From the NCBI GenBank assembly GCA_963664115.2, contig CAXWPJ010000002.1, forward strand, positions 608,001 to 672,000: a DNA stretch of 64,000 bases. Direction: 5' to 3'. The DNA comes from Terriglobia bacterium. GTDB taxonomy: Bacteria; Acidobacteriota; Terriglobia; 20CM-2-55-15. The translations under genes were made by a program, and so were the position numbers. The notes under the pieces are model-generated. The model was not told the DNA's origin. It worked only from the letters and a program-made list of their open reading frames with translations, and searched no databases. Of the stretch, positions 29,430 to 42,711 are shown piece by piece. The number at the start of each line of letters is the position of its first letter. Positions within the stretch are counted from its first letter, which is position 1.

Positions 29430-30416
29430 CTAAGGATTCTCGGAAACCGGTACCCTGCCGGGTGCGTAATAGCCGGGCTTGGTTTGGACTTCGAGTCTGG
29501 GGAAGCCTCTGGGAGCGTTGATCTTGACCTCTACTTCGCGCCAGGTGCCGTCGAACGCACGGTTGGTGGGGTTATAACCCAGCGTAAAGTGATTGCGGAG
29601 ATCGCGTGCGACCCTTCGGCACAGTTCTTCCACTTCATCCAGAAATTCTGGAAAATAGGCCTGTCCGCCCGTGGACTCTGCGATCTGGCGAAGTTCGCGT
29701 TTGGCTCTTGAGGAGGGTGATCGACGGAACAGTCCGCCACGCTGATCGTTCAACTCGAGCAGGCCGATGACGTACACCGTGACTTCGGCTTCTCTCAGGC
29801 GTTCCATTATGCGGTTGAAACCGAATTTGCTGGCATTGTCCTCGCCGTCACTGATGATGAGCACTGCCTTCTTGTCCATGCGTCCGTTGGCTTCAACATG
29901 TTCGATCGAAAGATAGATCGCGTCGTTCAATGCAGTTTCGCCCCGCGTGTCGACGTTTTCCAGAGTATCGACCAGGTTTCCGATGCTCCCGGTGAAATCC
30001 TGTTCCAGGTAGGCCTCGTCGTCAAAATTGACGATGAACGTTTCGTCTTCAGGATTGCCCTCTCGTATGAACACCAGTGCCGCACTGTTGACGCGTTCCC
30101 GTTTGTTGCGCATACTGCCGCTGTTATCGATTACGAGCCCGATGCTTATAGGCACGTCCTCATGTTGAAACAGTGAGATGTCCTGCCGGACGCCGTCCTC
30201 ATATATCTCGAAATGTTGCTGATCGAGACCGATGACTGGAACGCCATCGCGGTCTACAACCGAAACCGGAAGCTGGACGAGCTCGACATCGACGCTGATC
30301 TGGAATTCGCTATCTTCGTTCCGTTCCAGCTGTTGGGCGTCTGCGGTTAGAGGGAAGGCGAGTAGAAGGAGAGGAAGCGTGTAGCGACCGAGTGCGTGTC
30401 CGGGAATGGATTCCAT
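29430..30416 (-). CDS. VWA domain protein (Acidobacterial VWFA-related type)
   Basis: VDVELVQLPVSV, DNSGSM MIDAS, TALNDA, ISDGED, STGG, LGYNP; start set at ATG 30416. Confidence 0.9.
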   Translation of the reverse strand: MESIPGHALGRYTLPLLLLAFPLTADAQQLERNEDSEFQISVDVELVQLPVSVVDRDGVPVIGLDQQHFEIYEDGVRQDISLFQHEDVPISIGLVIDNSGSMRNKRERVNSAALVFIREGNPEDETFIVNFDDEAYLEQDFTGSIGNLVDTLENVDTRGETALNDAIYLSIEHVEANGRMDKKAVLIISDGEDNASKFGFNRIMERLREAEVTVYVIGLLELNDQRGGLFRRSPSSRAKRELRQIAESTGGQAYFPEFLDEVEELCRRVARDLRNHFTLGYNPTNRAFDGTWREVEVKINAPRGFPRLEVQTKPGYYAPGRVPVSENP

Positions 30417-30427
30417 GGTCGCGCCTG

Positions 30428-31369
30428 CTAACGGACGGGGGCGTAGTAACCCTGTTTGGCTCGGACCGACAGGCGGGGCGCTCCCCGTGGAGGATTGACC
30501 CGGACCTGAATATCGCGCCATTCGCCGTCAGTTTCCTTGTTGGACGAGAAATAGCCGATAACGTATTGGTTCTTGAGCTCGACAGCGATCCGTCGCGTAA
30601 TGTCTTCGAGTTCAAACACCGAATTCGGGAAGAACGAGCGGCCACCGGTCACTTCCGCCAGTTCCTCAATCAATCCGCGTCCCGTGCGTCCCAGTCCCAA
30701 CTGTGAGTTGAACGAGTCGACGATACCTATGGCGTAAAGCTGTACGTCGGACTCCCTGACGTATTCGCGAACGTTTCGGAACGTGTAGCGGCTCCGATTG
30801 TCCTGCCCATCGGTAATCATGAGGAGAGCTTTCTTCGGGTTCCTGCCTTCCTTCACCTTTTCGAGTCCCAGATAAACGGCGTCGTAGAGAGCAGTCATGC
30901 CTCCCGCGGGGGTAAAAATGAGCTCGTTCTGCAGTCTGGCGATGTCGCTGGTGAAGCCCTGCGCGACTTCTGCCCGGCCGCTGAACGGGACAAGGAAGTG
31001 CTCGTCCTGTGGACTGCCTGTCTGAAGGAAGGTCACCGCAGCGTCTCGTGCGACCGACAGCTTTTCCTTCATGCTGCCGCTGACGTCAAAGATGATGCCG
31101 ACGCTCAGGGGAACGTCTTCGGCAGAAAAGTACTGGATGTCCTGCTCGACGCGATCTTCATAGATTTGGAAATGGTCGCCCTGCATTCCCGTCACGGGAC
31201 GGCCGGTCTGGGAATCGCTCACGGTCGCGTTGACCAGAACAAGATCGACGTTAACGCTTAATGTCTGTTCGAGGGCATTCCCCAGGTCCTGGGAGTGCGC
31301 GGCGAAGGCGAGGAGCATCAACACGCCCGGCAATGCGCCTGAGGCCAGTATCCATTTTTTGCACCGCAT
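30428..31369 (-). CDS. VWA domain protein (Acidobacterial VWFA-related type), paralog of the adjacent gene
   Basis: Signal peptide, VNVDLVLV, DVSGSM, TALYDA, ITDGQDN, VTGGR, GYYAP. Confidence 0.9.
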   Translation of the reverse strand: MRCKKWILASGALPGVLMLLAFAAHSQDLGNALEQTLSVNVDLVLVNATVSDSQTGRPVTGMQGDHFQIYEDRVEQDIQYFSAEDVPLSVGIIFDVSGSMKEKLSVARDAAVTFLQTGSPQDEHFLVPFSGRAEVAQGFTSDIARLQNELIFTPAGGMTALYDAVYLGLEKVKEGRNPKKALLMITDGQDNRSRYTFRNVREYVRESDVQLYAIGIVDSFNSQLGLGRTGRGLIEELAEVTGGRSFFPNSVFELEDITRRIAVELKNQYVIGYFSSNKETDGEWRDIQVRVNPPRGAPRLSVRAKQGYYAPVR

Positions 31370-31642
31370 CGGTACTGCTCCCGCGAGGGGGGCCTTTCGA
31401 GGCCCGCAAATTCAACGCGACCTTAGATTTGTCTAGCGGAACGAATTTGATTATAGTCCCCGGTCATTCCCGGGCGCAAGTAATGTTACTGGTAGATTGT
31501 TACTCACGGGATGTTTAGATACTTATGTTTAGGTCGGATAAGGTCCAGATCGATATGGATTTCTTTTCGGTCTTTAAGCGCAACAGCCGATGCGAACCCT
31601 GTGCTATAGTCAGCGGGTGATTTAGATCAAATCACCTTCCGG

Positions 31643-34812
<3,170 letters not shown>

Positions 34813-34831
<19 letters not shown>

Positions 34832-35352
34832 CTCGCCGTGTCGGAAATGTCGCCCTGTTGCTGATGGACGTCGATGGAGTTCTGACCGACGGGAGAGTGT
34901 GGTTTGTGCCTGATGGTGGGGAACTCATCGAAGTGAAGTCGTTCAACGTTCTTGATGGAGCCGGTATCGCGCTGGCGCACCGCGTGGGCCTGAAAACCGG
35001 AGTTGTGTCGGCCCGCACTTCTCCCGGCGTGAGAAAACGGGCTGAAGAGTTGTCCATCGAGTTTGTCTATCTCGGTGTTCGTGACAAGAAAACCGCTCTG
35101 GCAGACATTGTGAGAGAGAGCGGTGTCGCGGCCGAGAACGTGTGCTTCATGGGCGATGAGGTTGTGGATCTTCCCGCCATGACCCGGGTTGGATTTCCAG
35201 TGGCTGTTGCGAATGCGGTTCCCGAGGTCCGTTCCCGCGCCGCATATGTGACCGAGGCTTCCGGCGGCAACGGCGCCGTGCGGGAAGTGATTGAGTTGAT
35301 CTTGAAAGAGCAGGGCAAATGGGATGGGGCCATCGAAGAGTTCTTGAAGTGA
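34813..35352 (+). CDS. kdsC: KDO 8-phosphate phosphatase (HAD)
   Basis: DVDGVLTDG, FNVLDG, FMGDEVVD, GGNGAVRE. Confidence 0.93.
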
Positions 35353-35408
35353 GACGGGAAGTATAAGAATTATCAGTCGGAACCCGAAGAAGTTTGCTCT
35401 CGTAACTT

Positions 35409-35495
35409 TTAACTCTCAATTTCCCCCGCCAAATCCGCAATTGGTTGTGCTCCTGATTCAAGGGCCACCGACCTTTCCTGAACTTCCTGAAGCTC
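35409..35495 (-). pseudogene. 3' fragment of a paralog of the lipoprotein at 38208-38828
   Basis: Encodes LQEVQERSVALESGAQPIADL vs LQEVRERSVALETSAQLIVDF; DNA similarity GCCACCGACCTTTCC in both. Confidence 0.7.
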
Positions 35496-35643
35496 AGACT
35501 GAATTGATAATAGAGCCAGACGGCGAGGCTGATGATTTCGGCCGGAAAACGATGCTGAGATCCGGAAAACGATGCTGAGATAACGAGATCGGCGATTCGT
35601 CATCCCGTTGGTGTGCCACCTGGGAACTTAACCTGACAATGCC
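35485..35643 (-). mobile_element. IS6-family left-end remnant (IR plus 5' end of a frameshifted transposase)
   Basis: Minus strand GGCATTGTCAGGTTAAG end, ATG 35603 (MTNRRSRY), then HRFPAEIISLAVWLYYQFSLSFR, resembling the IS6 transposase N-terminus; contains a perfect 20-bp tandem duplication 35542-35581. Confidence 0.75.
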
Positions 35644-35731
35644 ACCTCACCAATGACTCGCTCCACCGACCAGAAAATCGGGCGATTGGTCGATGTTCTT
35701 ACCATTTCGCCAGCCACAGCTTGCAAACGCC

Positions 35732-35777
35732 AAAATCTTTGATTTTATTGACAGGTAAACGCCCGGGGCTATATCGT
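35732..35777 (+). promoter_or_regulatory. sigma70-type promoter with adjacent inverted-repeat operator
   Basis: TTGACA (35748-35753)-N18-TATCGT; AAAATC-ttt-GATTTT palindrome at 35732-35746. Confidence 0.5.
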
Positions 35778-35838
35778 CTTTGGCAGATCCAACCCAGAAA
35801 TCATGTCTTTAAACAGTACGGTCAATTTGGGGGCGTCT

Positions 35839-36243
35839 ATGAAGAAGGTATACACAGTTTTCCTCGTTCTGGCAGGCTTGTTGACGGCCGCCGCTCCGCT
35901 GTTCGCGCATCATGGCCGAGGGAATGCGTTTGATATGGAGAATCGACGTACAGTAACAGGCGTCGTGTCGGAAGTCTTATGGCGGAATCCACACGTGCGG
36001 ATTATGGTGGACGCGCCGGGCGAGGACGGTGAAATTGTAAACTGGTCTTTCGAAAACACCGGCACGGCCAACCTGGCACAGGCGGGCTATAACCGCGGTA
36101 CGCTGAAAGTCGGCCAGCCGATAACGGCCATTTTCAACGGCGCCGCCAACGGATCGCCGGTTGGAATCATCGTCATGTTCATCGACGAGGAAGGAAGAGA
36201 GTTGATGTCGCGCATAGGCGGCGGCGGAAATCCTCTTGACTGA
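35839..36243 (+). CDS. Secreted DUF6152-like protein
   Basis: Signal peptide ending AHH, FD...TGVV...WRNPH...W.FE pattern; ATG 35839. Confidence 0.8.
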   Translation: MKKVYTVFLVLAGLLTAAAPLFAHHGRGNAFDMENRRTVTGVVSEVLWRNPHVRIMVDAPGEDGEIVNWSFENTGTANLAQAGYNRGTLKVGQPITAIFNGAANGSPVGIIVMFIDEEGRELMSRIGGGGNPLD

Positions 36244-36294
36244 TCCGACGATATGACAGTTTGTGCGGAAAGCTCAGAGGAGGAGGATCGAGAA

Positions 36295-37227
36295 ATGCGA
36301 AATCGCCTGGCAAACGTACCGACAGGTTTCGTGTGGTTGCTATTATTTTTGGTGTCCACCGTCCTTGCGTTTCCATCGGTGACGCTGGCCCGAGTGCAAG
36401 AAGAAAAAGATTACGGCTTACGGACTTACTCAGACAAGCCGTTCTCAGAGGATGGGTTCATCACGCCGGAATCGTCAGCTGAGAGCGGCGGATTGGAAAC
36501 GGCTGCGATCCGGTTTGATCCCCAGGATCTGTCGGGAATTTATAGATCGGTTGCCGGAGGGTGGGAGTCGCCCGGTCCGAATGTCCCGCCGATGACTCTG
36601 GAGGGACGGGCGAAGCTGGCCGAGCGTGTTTCGCCCGACAACGTCCCCAATCCAGCGCTTGGGAACGATCCGCAGTTCTTATGCGCTCCGCAGGGTTTTC
36701 CACGGCTGTGGCTCGATCAGGAGCTAATCGAAAACATCCATCTGGAAGACAGACTGCTGCAGTTGTCCCAGTGGGACCAGACCTTGCGCGAAATCTGGAT
36801 GGACGGGCGACCCCTGCCCACGCCAGAGGACATCGCTGAACTGGGCCAAACCTTCTACGGATATTCGGTCGGCCGGTGGGAGGGAGACACGCTTATCGTC
36901 GAAACCGTTGGACTCGATGAGAGAAACTGGATCGACGATGACACGGGTTACCCGTTCAGTTCCGGCGCACGGTTCGAAGAGCGTTACAGACGCGTAGCTC
37001 CAGATGCTATCACTGTCCAATATACGCTGTACGATCCGCAATATTATGCCACTCCCTGGGTCGGTGACTCTAAACCGTGGAGACGAATGCCCCGAGCATT
37101 CGTGACTCATGTTGGATGGTTCGGCTTGTATTCGGGGGTCACGGAAGCAATCTGTGCGCCGATGAACGAAGCGGAGTTCCATCTTCGGAACGAACCCGCA
37201 TACGCAGATTTACCGCAGCCTGATTAG
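36295..37227 (+). CDS. Conserved secreted hypothetical protein (DLSGI...CxPxG.PR...GRWEGDTLxVxT family)
   Basis: GAGGAGGAGG RBS, signal peptide, motif set shared with next ORF. Confidence 0.8.
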   Translation: MRNRLANVPTGFVWLLLFLVSTVLAFPSVTLARVQEEKDYGLRTYSDKPFSEDGFITPESSAESGGLETAAIRFDPQDLSGIYRSVAGGWESPGPNVPPMTLEGRAKLAERVSPDNVPNPALGNDPQFLCAPQGFPRLWLDQELIENIHLEDRLLQLSQWDQTLREIWMDGRPLPTPEDIAELGQTFYGYSVGRWEGDTLIVETVGLDERNWIDDDTGYPFSSGARFEERYRRVAPDAITVQYTLYDPQYYATPWVGDSKPWRRMPRAFVTHVGWFGLYSGVTEAICAPMNEAEFHLRNEPAYADLPQPD

Positions 37228-37365
37228 GGTGCTTTTGAGGTTTCAATGCCTCATTTCGCCCTCCGGAAGGCGTCGCTGGAAAACCGCAAGGTCCCCCGTC
37301 TGCGTTTTCTGTACGCCAGAGATTTGAACATGAGAAGCCCCGTACCGGAAAAGGAGATTTGAAAA

Positions 37366-38172
37366 ATGCGAAGTCGTTTCGCGACTCTAAAAGCCTCCCT
37401 ATGGATGCCCGTTATCGTAACGGTATTCGTTCTTCTCCTGACAGATGCCGGTGCAGGCGCTACACAAGCCCAGGGGGGCGGACTCGACCCGCGTGATCTT
37501 TCCGGAATCTACGTGCGGACGGGCGGGGATCCTGGCTTTGGTCCTGTGGACAGCATGCCGCCTCTGACGGCCGCAGGCGAGGCGAAGCTGAGGAGTGTGA
37601 TTCTGCCAGGCCCCAGCCGACACCCCCTGGCACGGGAGGCCAGCAACGCCGCTCCTTCAAACGATGCCTCCCTCAGCTGCAATCCGAAAGGGCTTCCCCG
37701 GCTGTTGCTCGAATCGAGCCACCAGGAACTGATCACTCTGCCGAATCGTATTGTACAAGTCTGGAACCAGGAACGAAGACCGCGTGAAATCTGGATCGAC
37801 GGGCGGGATGTGCCGTCACCTGACGATATCAACAATCTGGGACTCACCTGGTACGGACACGGGGTCGGTGTCTGGGAGGGCAACACCCTCGTCGTCAACA
37901 CAGTCGGTATCGACGACAGAGCGTGGCTGGATTCGTTCGGTTTTCCGAGAGGGTACGACGCCCGTGTGGAGGAGCGCTACGAACGTGTCGATGCCAACAC
38001 ACTGCAGGTTACGGTGACACTCTACGACGAGGAAATGTACACGAGCCCCTGGGTGTCGGACGTGAAGACTTTCACAAAGGAAACCCGGCAGAACGTGACC
38101 CGGCGCGGGTGGTACGGGTTGTTGGGAGGAGTCCCACAAGAAATCTGCTTTCCGAAGGCGCCGAACCGCTAG
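37366..38172 (+). CDS. Paralog of the preceding secreted hypothetical protein
   Basis: AGGAGA RBS; DPRDLSGIY, CNPKGLPR, REIWIDGR, GVWEGNTLVVNTVG, EERYER. Confidence 0.8.
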   Translation: MRSRFATLKASLWMPVIVTVFVLLLTDAGAGATQAQGGGLDPRDLSGIYVRTGGDPGFGPVDSMPPLTAAGEAKLRSVILPGPSRHPLAREASNAAPSNDASLSCNPKGLPRLLLESSHQELITLPNRIVQVWNQERRPREIWIDGRDVPSPDDINNLGLTWYGHGVGVWEGNTLVVNTVGIDDRAWLDSFGFPRGYDARVEERYERVDANTLQVTVTLYDEEMYTSPWVSDVKTFTKETRQNVTRRGWYGLLGGVPQEICFPKAPNR

Positions 38173-38207
38173 ACACACGGGCGTGCGGGAGCCGTGGATC
38201 TCACACG

Positions 38208-38828
38208 TCACTCATTTCCAAAATCCACAATCAACTGCGCACTTGTCTCCAGCGCCACCGACCTTTCCCGGACTTCCTGCAGCAGAATGAAAGCACCCGA
38301 GTAGTCACCGCCGTCGTAAATGTCCTCCGCCTCGTTGAGCGAGGCGAAAATGCCAGCCAGTTCATCCTCGAACGATTGAATTTGCTGGCGCGTGATGGCA
38401 CCGCCAAGGGCGGCATCCACCGCTTCAAAGGTCGCCCGAAAAGCCAGCTGGGACGTGGGCAACGCCCGCTGCGCTTGCTCGAAAACGTCGGCCTTGTTGA
38501 CCTCGGCGATCGCCTGCGCCTGGCCGGCCTGCTCGAAGGCGAGGGCCAGGAATTCGAGCGCCCCGTCGTAGTTTCGGCCCCATACCGGCAGCTGCTCTTG
38601 CCGGGCGATGGCGAACTCTCCGCTTTCCAGATTGAATTGAGCCACTTCGAATTCCCCTGGCGCGTATATGTCCGCTTCGAAGTCCGCTGCCCCAGCGACG
38701 GCTTCACGTGTTTGCTGGAGTTCGAGCACGGGCTTTTCCGCACAACCGGCGAATACACTCAAACTCATCCCGAGACCCAGTAACAGCAGATGACTCCGAT
38801 TGCCAGGTCCGGGGCGCGTGTGAATCAA
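38208..38828 (-). CDS. Alpha-helical lipoprotein (DUF4398-like)
   Basis: Lipobox FAGC, Ala/Glu/Gln-rich helices, ADIYAP motif. Confidence 0.7.
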   Translation of the reverse strand: MIHTRPGPGNRSHLLLLGLGMSLSVFAGCAEKPVLELQQTREAVAGAADFEADIYAPGEFEVAQFNLESGEFAIARQEQLPVWGRNYDGALEFLALAFEQAGQAQAIAEVNKADVFEQAQRALPTSQLAFRATFEAVDAALGGAITRQQIQSFEDELAGIFASLNEAEDIYDGGDYSGAFILLQEVRERSVALETSAQLIVDFGNE

Positions 38829-40546
38829 TCCCCTAGCCTGAAGACCATCAGGATGTTACTCCCGTTCGGGGTTCTCAGTTCGGGGTACAATTCGGCCAGG
38901 TGGTCAGTACCCGCCGTGTTGCCACCCACAGCCACCGCAATGTACTGGTTTCCGTCCACAGCATAGGTTATGGGATAGCCGCTTACCGGCGCACTGAGCG
39001 GTGTCTCCCAGAGCACGCTACCGGTTCGAGCATCGAGCGCCCTGAAGTAGCGGTGCAGATCTCCCACAAAAACCAATCCGCCCGCTGTGGTCAGGACCGA
39101 GCCCAGCGCGGCCCGCTGATCATAGGTCCACAGAAAGTCTCCTGTCGCGGCTGAAACCGCTGCCAGCCTTCCGACCTGGCCGTTCGAACCTTCCATATGC
39201 CGGAGTTCGCTGTAGTCCGCACCGGAGACGCTTTCCTCCAGAGGTACGACCTCGAAGATCGTACATTCGTTGCTCACCGTGCTGTATACAGCCTCGGTCA
39301 TGGGATTGTAGGCGTTCGTCTGAAACAGCTTGCCGCCGCGCATTCCCGGGCATACCAGCGGAGCGTCTCCGATATTCCTCGGAATGATCTCATCGTTCAT
39401 CGTGACTCGGCCGGTCTCCGTGTCGATGTCGTCGTAGAGGTTCTGGAATGTCACCAGCTGTTTGTGAAACAGATACTCTCCGGTCTCTCGATCCAGGGCC
39501 CACAAGATGCCAGGCTTGCCGAGCAAATACACCACCTTGCGCACGGTGGGGCCGATTGCTACGTCGGCAAGGATGGGATTGTCCTGGTGATCCATGTCGA
39601 AGTTGTCACGCGGCTGCATCTGGAAGAACCAGCGGATGTCTCCGGAGTCGGCGTCGAGAGCCAGAATCGAGTTTGAGTAAAGCAGCGCACCGCTGCCTGT
39701 GCCTTTGTGCAACTCCGGGTAGGGATAGGGGCTGGCTGTTGTCCAGTAGACCAGGTTCAAGTCCGGATCGTAGCTTCCGGTCAGCCAGAAGGAGGCTTTC
39801 CTGCGCTGCTCGTAAGGCGCTCCTCCCCAGGTTGCGTCGTGCTCTGGGGGATCTTCGGGCCCGGCTACGGATTCCCTCCGCCAGAGTTCCCGTCCCGTAT
39901 CCGCGTCATGGGCACTCAGGAAACACGCGCGAGACGTGCCCGTGCCGCAAGTCAGCCCGGCGAAAACCTTGCCGTTCCCGGCGATGGGTCCGGCAGAGTA
40001 TCGGATTCGGTCGCTGGGGTCCCCGGTCTGGATCTCCCATTCCAGTTCTCCCGTCCTCGCATCCAGCGCAACAAGAAATCCATCCTCAGTCGTGAGAAAG
40101 ATCTTGTCCTCATAAATTCCGAGATTCCGGGTCGTAAGTTCGCCTATGCCTTCCGGCAAGTTTCGTCGGTACTCCCAGATCAACTCGCCCGTTCGCGCAT
40201 CGAGCGCCTGCACCACTCCATGGGTGTGAGGCAGGTACATGACGCCCCGGTATACGATGGGCTCTGATTCTTGCTGCCCGCTCTCCATCGCCCACGCCCA
40301 GGCCAGGCGCAAGCTCTGAACATTCTCAGTCGTTACCTGAGCTAGGGGGCTATAGCCGCTGGCACCGTTGTCACGACGCCATCGCAACCAGTCGGCCGGT
40401 TCAGGGTTTTGAAGGACGGCGTCGGTAACCGGAACGAAGTCCGATTGTTGTGCGAGCGCCGCATAAAACGCTCCCGAACCAAGCATCGCGACCAGCGCAA
40501 CCAGCGCAATCTTGAACAGCACCACACGAAACCCTGTCATAGACAT
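38825..40546 (-). CDS. Periplasmic PQQ-binding beta-propeller dehydrogenase
   Basis: YSPLAQVT, repeated ALDARTGExxW Trp-docking motifs, YDPDLNLVYW, W.FQ..P.DNFDMD, PITYAVDGNQYIAV. Confidence 0.92.
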   Translation of the reverse strand: MSMTGFRVVLFKIALVALVAMLGSGAFYAALAQQSDFVPVTDAVLQNPEPADWLRWRRDNGASGYSPLAQVTTENVQSLRLAWAWAMESGQQESEPIVYRGVMYLPHTHGVVQALDARTGELIWEYRRNLPEGIGELTTRNLGIYEDKIFLTTEDGFLVALDARTGELEWEIQTGDPSDRIRYSAGPIAGNGKVFAGLTCGTGTSRACFLSAHDADTGRELWRRESVAGPEDPPEHDATWGGAPYEQRRKASFWLTGSYDPDLNLVYWTTASPYPYPELHKGTGSGALLYSNSILALDADSGDIRWFFQMQPRDNFDMDHQDNPILADVAIGPTVRKVVYLLGKPGILWALDRETGEYLFHKQLVTFQNLYDDIDTETGRVTMNDEIIPRNIGDAPLVCPGMRGGKLFQTNAYNPMTEAVYSTVSNECTIFEVVPLEESVSGADYSELRHMEGSNGQVGRLAAVSAATGDFLWTYDQRAALGSVLTTAGGLVFVGDLHRYFRALDARTGSVLWETPLSAPVSGYPITYAVDGNQYIAVAVGGNTAGTDHLAELYPELRTPNGSNILMVFRLGD

Positions 40547-40665
40547 TCCTAATTCTCCTTTCCAAGCCCGTCATCTGACGAGGCCGATGTTGACGACACC
40601 CCGTGCCGCTTAGGCTTCGCTGACCGAACCCCGTAGGCCGCACCCGGCTTTTTGAGCGCCTCCGC

Positions 40666-42435
40666 TCAGCGCGGCCGCACCATGAGCTGGATGGCATTCG
40701 ACATTCCACCTTCCGGTGGCGGGTTGAATACACGGATCTCAATCGCGCGATAGCCGACGATCCCAACATTCTGGGCGGGGCCGGGAGCCCGGTACGGGTC
40801 AGGACCCGGTCGTGAGACCAGGCTGGCGGGAAGATCAAATTCCACGCGGCGGGGGCTCGTTACGAATGTTTTCACTGCGATTCCGTCTACATGAATCAGT
40901 GAGGTCAACAAGAATCCGCTGCCCTCGATCGTGACACGGCTTCCCTCACGGCCCGCCTCCACCATGGCCGGCGTGACGGAGCTGAGGACGGGAGCGAACG
41001 TGGATCCGGCCACGGATCGTGATGGTTCGGTGGCGGTGTAGTACTCCGGAGTATAGGTGAGCTCTATCCAACGCCCGTCTTTCATCACCCGTTCTATCTC
41101 TTGCGTGTTCGAAATATCGGCCAGGGGATCCGAGCCCAATACAACCAGATCCGCAAGCTTGCCCGGCTCAATGGAGCCGACGCGGGCAGGGCCGCGCGCT
41201 CCGTTCTTGCCTTCTAACAACTCGGCAGACCATAGCGTGGCTGATTTCAGCGCTTGCATAGGCGTGAGGCCGGCTTCGACCAGCATCTCCATCTCCTGAT
41301 GCACGCTGAGTCCGGGCACTCCGCCGGTTAGGGTGTCTGTGCCAGCCTGAATCTTTCCGCCCGCGTTCACGAAGCGGCGGACAAACTCGAGCACGTTTCG
41401 ATATCCCTCCTCGAACTGGGCGCGATCCGCGTCCGGCAGATGGCTGATGAAGGGCATATTTCCATATCGGCTGGAGAAATTCTTTATCTGCCTGTGCTTG
41501 GCAAGCACGCTGCCCGCGATGTTCTCCGGGAAGTAAACCAGATCAGGATTGCTGATAACGCGATAGTCGTCCAACTCGCGTTGACCGGCGCGCTCGCTCA
41601 ACCCTCCCCACTCATAGACCAGCGTGGGATTGAGATAAACGCCGGCCGCGACCGCATCCGCGATCATGGCGTCCAACACTTCCCAATCGGTCATGAAGGT
41701 CGCCCAGGTTAGAAACGCACCCTGCTGGAAGGCTTGAAGATTTTCCCCCGACATGGCCGCCTGGGTGAAGCCCCAGACATGTTCGATCGAGTCCATGCCG
41801 TCGCTTATGCCTTCCGGCGCGTTTTCTACGTGCCCGAATACCAGGAACCCGGCCCGGTGAACCTCTTCTGCGGCCACGGCATACGCCCTGCGGGAGGCAT
41901 CGTTGTGGGTCGGGAAATGAGCCATGTCCGGTTCGTTCCGAAGCCAGCGTTCGACGGCGCTCTGAATCTCTTCCCGACTGTCGTCGTTTGAGAATCCAAC
42001 CCGATTGCCACTGTGGTAGAGCCTGGGAAGCTTTTCCGAGGTCTGGCTCCGGGCCCTCATTTCGCGATCGAGGTCAGTCAGAGCAACAAGCGACGTCACT
42101 CCGTGATTCAGAAAGAGTTCGCCCATCCAGTCCAGCCAATGGACATGCGAGTCCAGGAGTCCCGGAATCAAGACCTTGCCCTCCAGGTCGACGACTACGG
42201 TACCCGCTGGAACGGGTGAGCCGCCCGGAACAATGGCTGTGATCGTATTCCCCTCGATCAGTACAGCCTGATCGAGGAGCGGCGCGTCGGAAACACCGTC
42301 GATGATTGTGGCACCCTCGAGCAGGAGGGCGCCGGCAGGTTCTTCCTGTGCCCAGCCGGGCGCCCCAGCCAGCAACACCAGACTGAACAAAGCAAGGCTA
42401 CACAGGCAAAAACTCCGATACTTGAAAAGACACAT
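40666..42435 (-). CDS. Secreted amidohydrolase with C-terminal IPT/TIG-like domain
   Basis: PGLLDSHVH, AGTD, GLTPMQALKSAT, GSIEPGKLADLVVL; C-terminal PVLSSVTP...GSGF...NPPPEGG; start uncertain (42435-42462). Confidence 0.88.
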   Translation of the reverse strand: MCLFKYRSFCLCSLALFSLVLLAGAPGWAQEEPAGALLLEGATIIDGVSDAPLLDQAVLIEGNTITAIVPGGSPVPAGTVVVDLEGKVLIPGLLDSHVHWLDWMGELFLNHGVTSLVALTDLDREMRARSQTSEKLPRLYHSGNRVGFSNDDSREEIQSAVERWLRNEPDMAHFPTHNDASRRAYAVAAEEVHRAGFLVFGHVENAPEGISDGMDSIEHVWGFTQAAMSGENLQAFQQGAFLTWATFMTDWEVLDAMIADAVAAGVYLNPTLVYEWGGLSERAGQRELDDYRVISNPDLVYFPENIAGSVLAKHRQIKNFSSRYGNMPFISHLPDADRAQFEEGYRNVLEFVRRFVNAGGKIQAGTDTLTGGVPGLSVHQEMEMLVEAGLTPMQALKSATLWSAELLEGKNGARGPARVGSIEPGKLADLVVLGSDPLADISNTQEIERVMKDGRWIELTYTPEYYTATEPSRSVAGSTFAPVLSSVTPAMVEAGREGSRVTIEGSGFLLTSLIHVDGIAVKTFVTSPRRVEFDLPASLVSRPGPDPYRAPGPAQNVGIVGYRAIEIRVFNPPPEGGMSNAIQLMVRPR

Positions 42436-42711
42436 TCTTGTGGCTCCCTGTCGCATTTTCATCGTCAAATTTGGGGTTGTACCGGGTGACTTTATCACTT
42501 TGGACCAACGGGAGCAAAGCTGCCCGTAGTTAATCTGCCGCCGCAATCGTCCCATCTTCTTTTCTCCAGTTCAGCGATGAAGTGTGTATTCTTGGACTCG
42601 CTGATCTGGATAGAAATTGGGCACGGAGGCAGATGCCTGCGGATGCAGGTTCCGACAATCGGAGACCTTTGGGAATCTGCCTCCGTTCCGGGAGTTCCGG
42701 GGAAGAACGTA

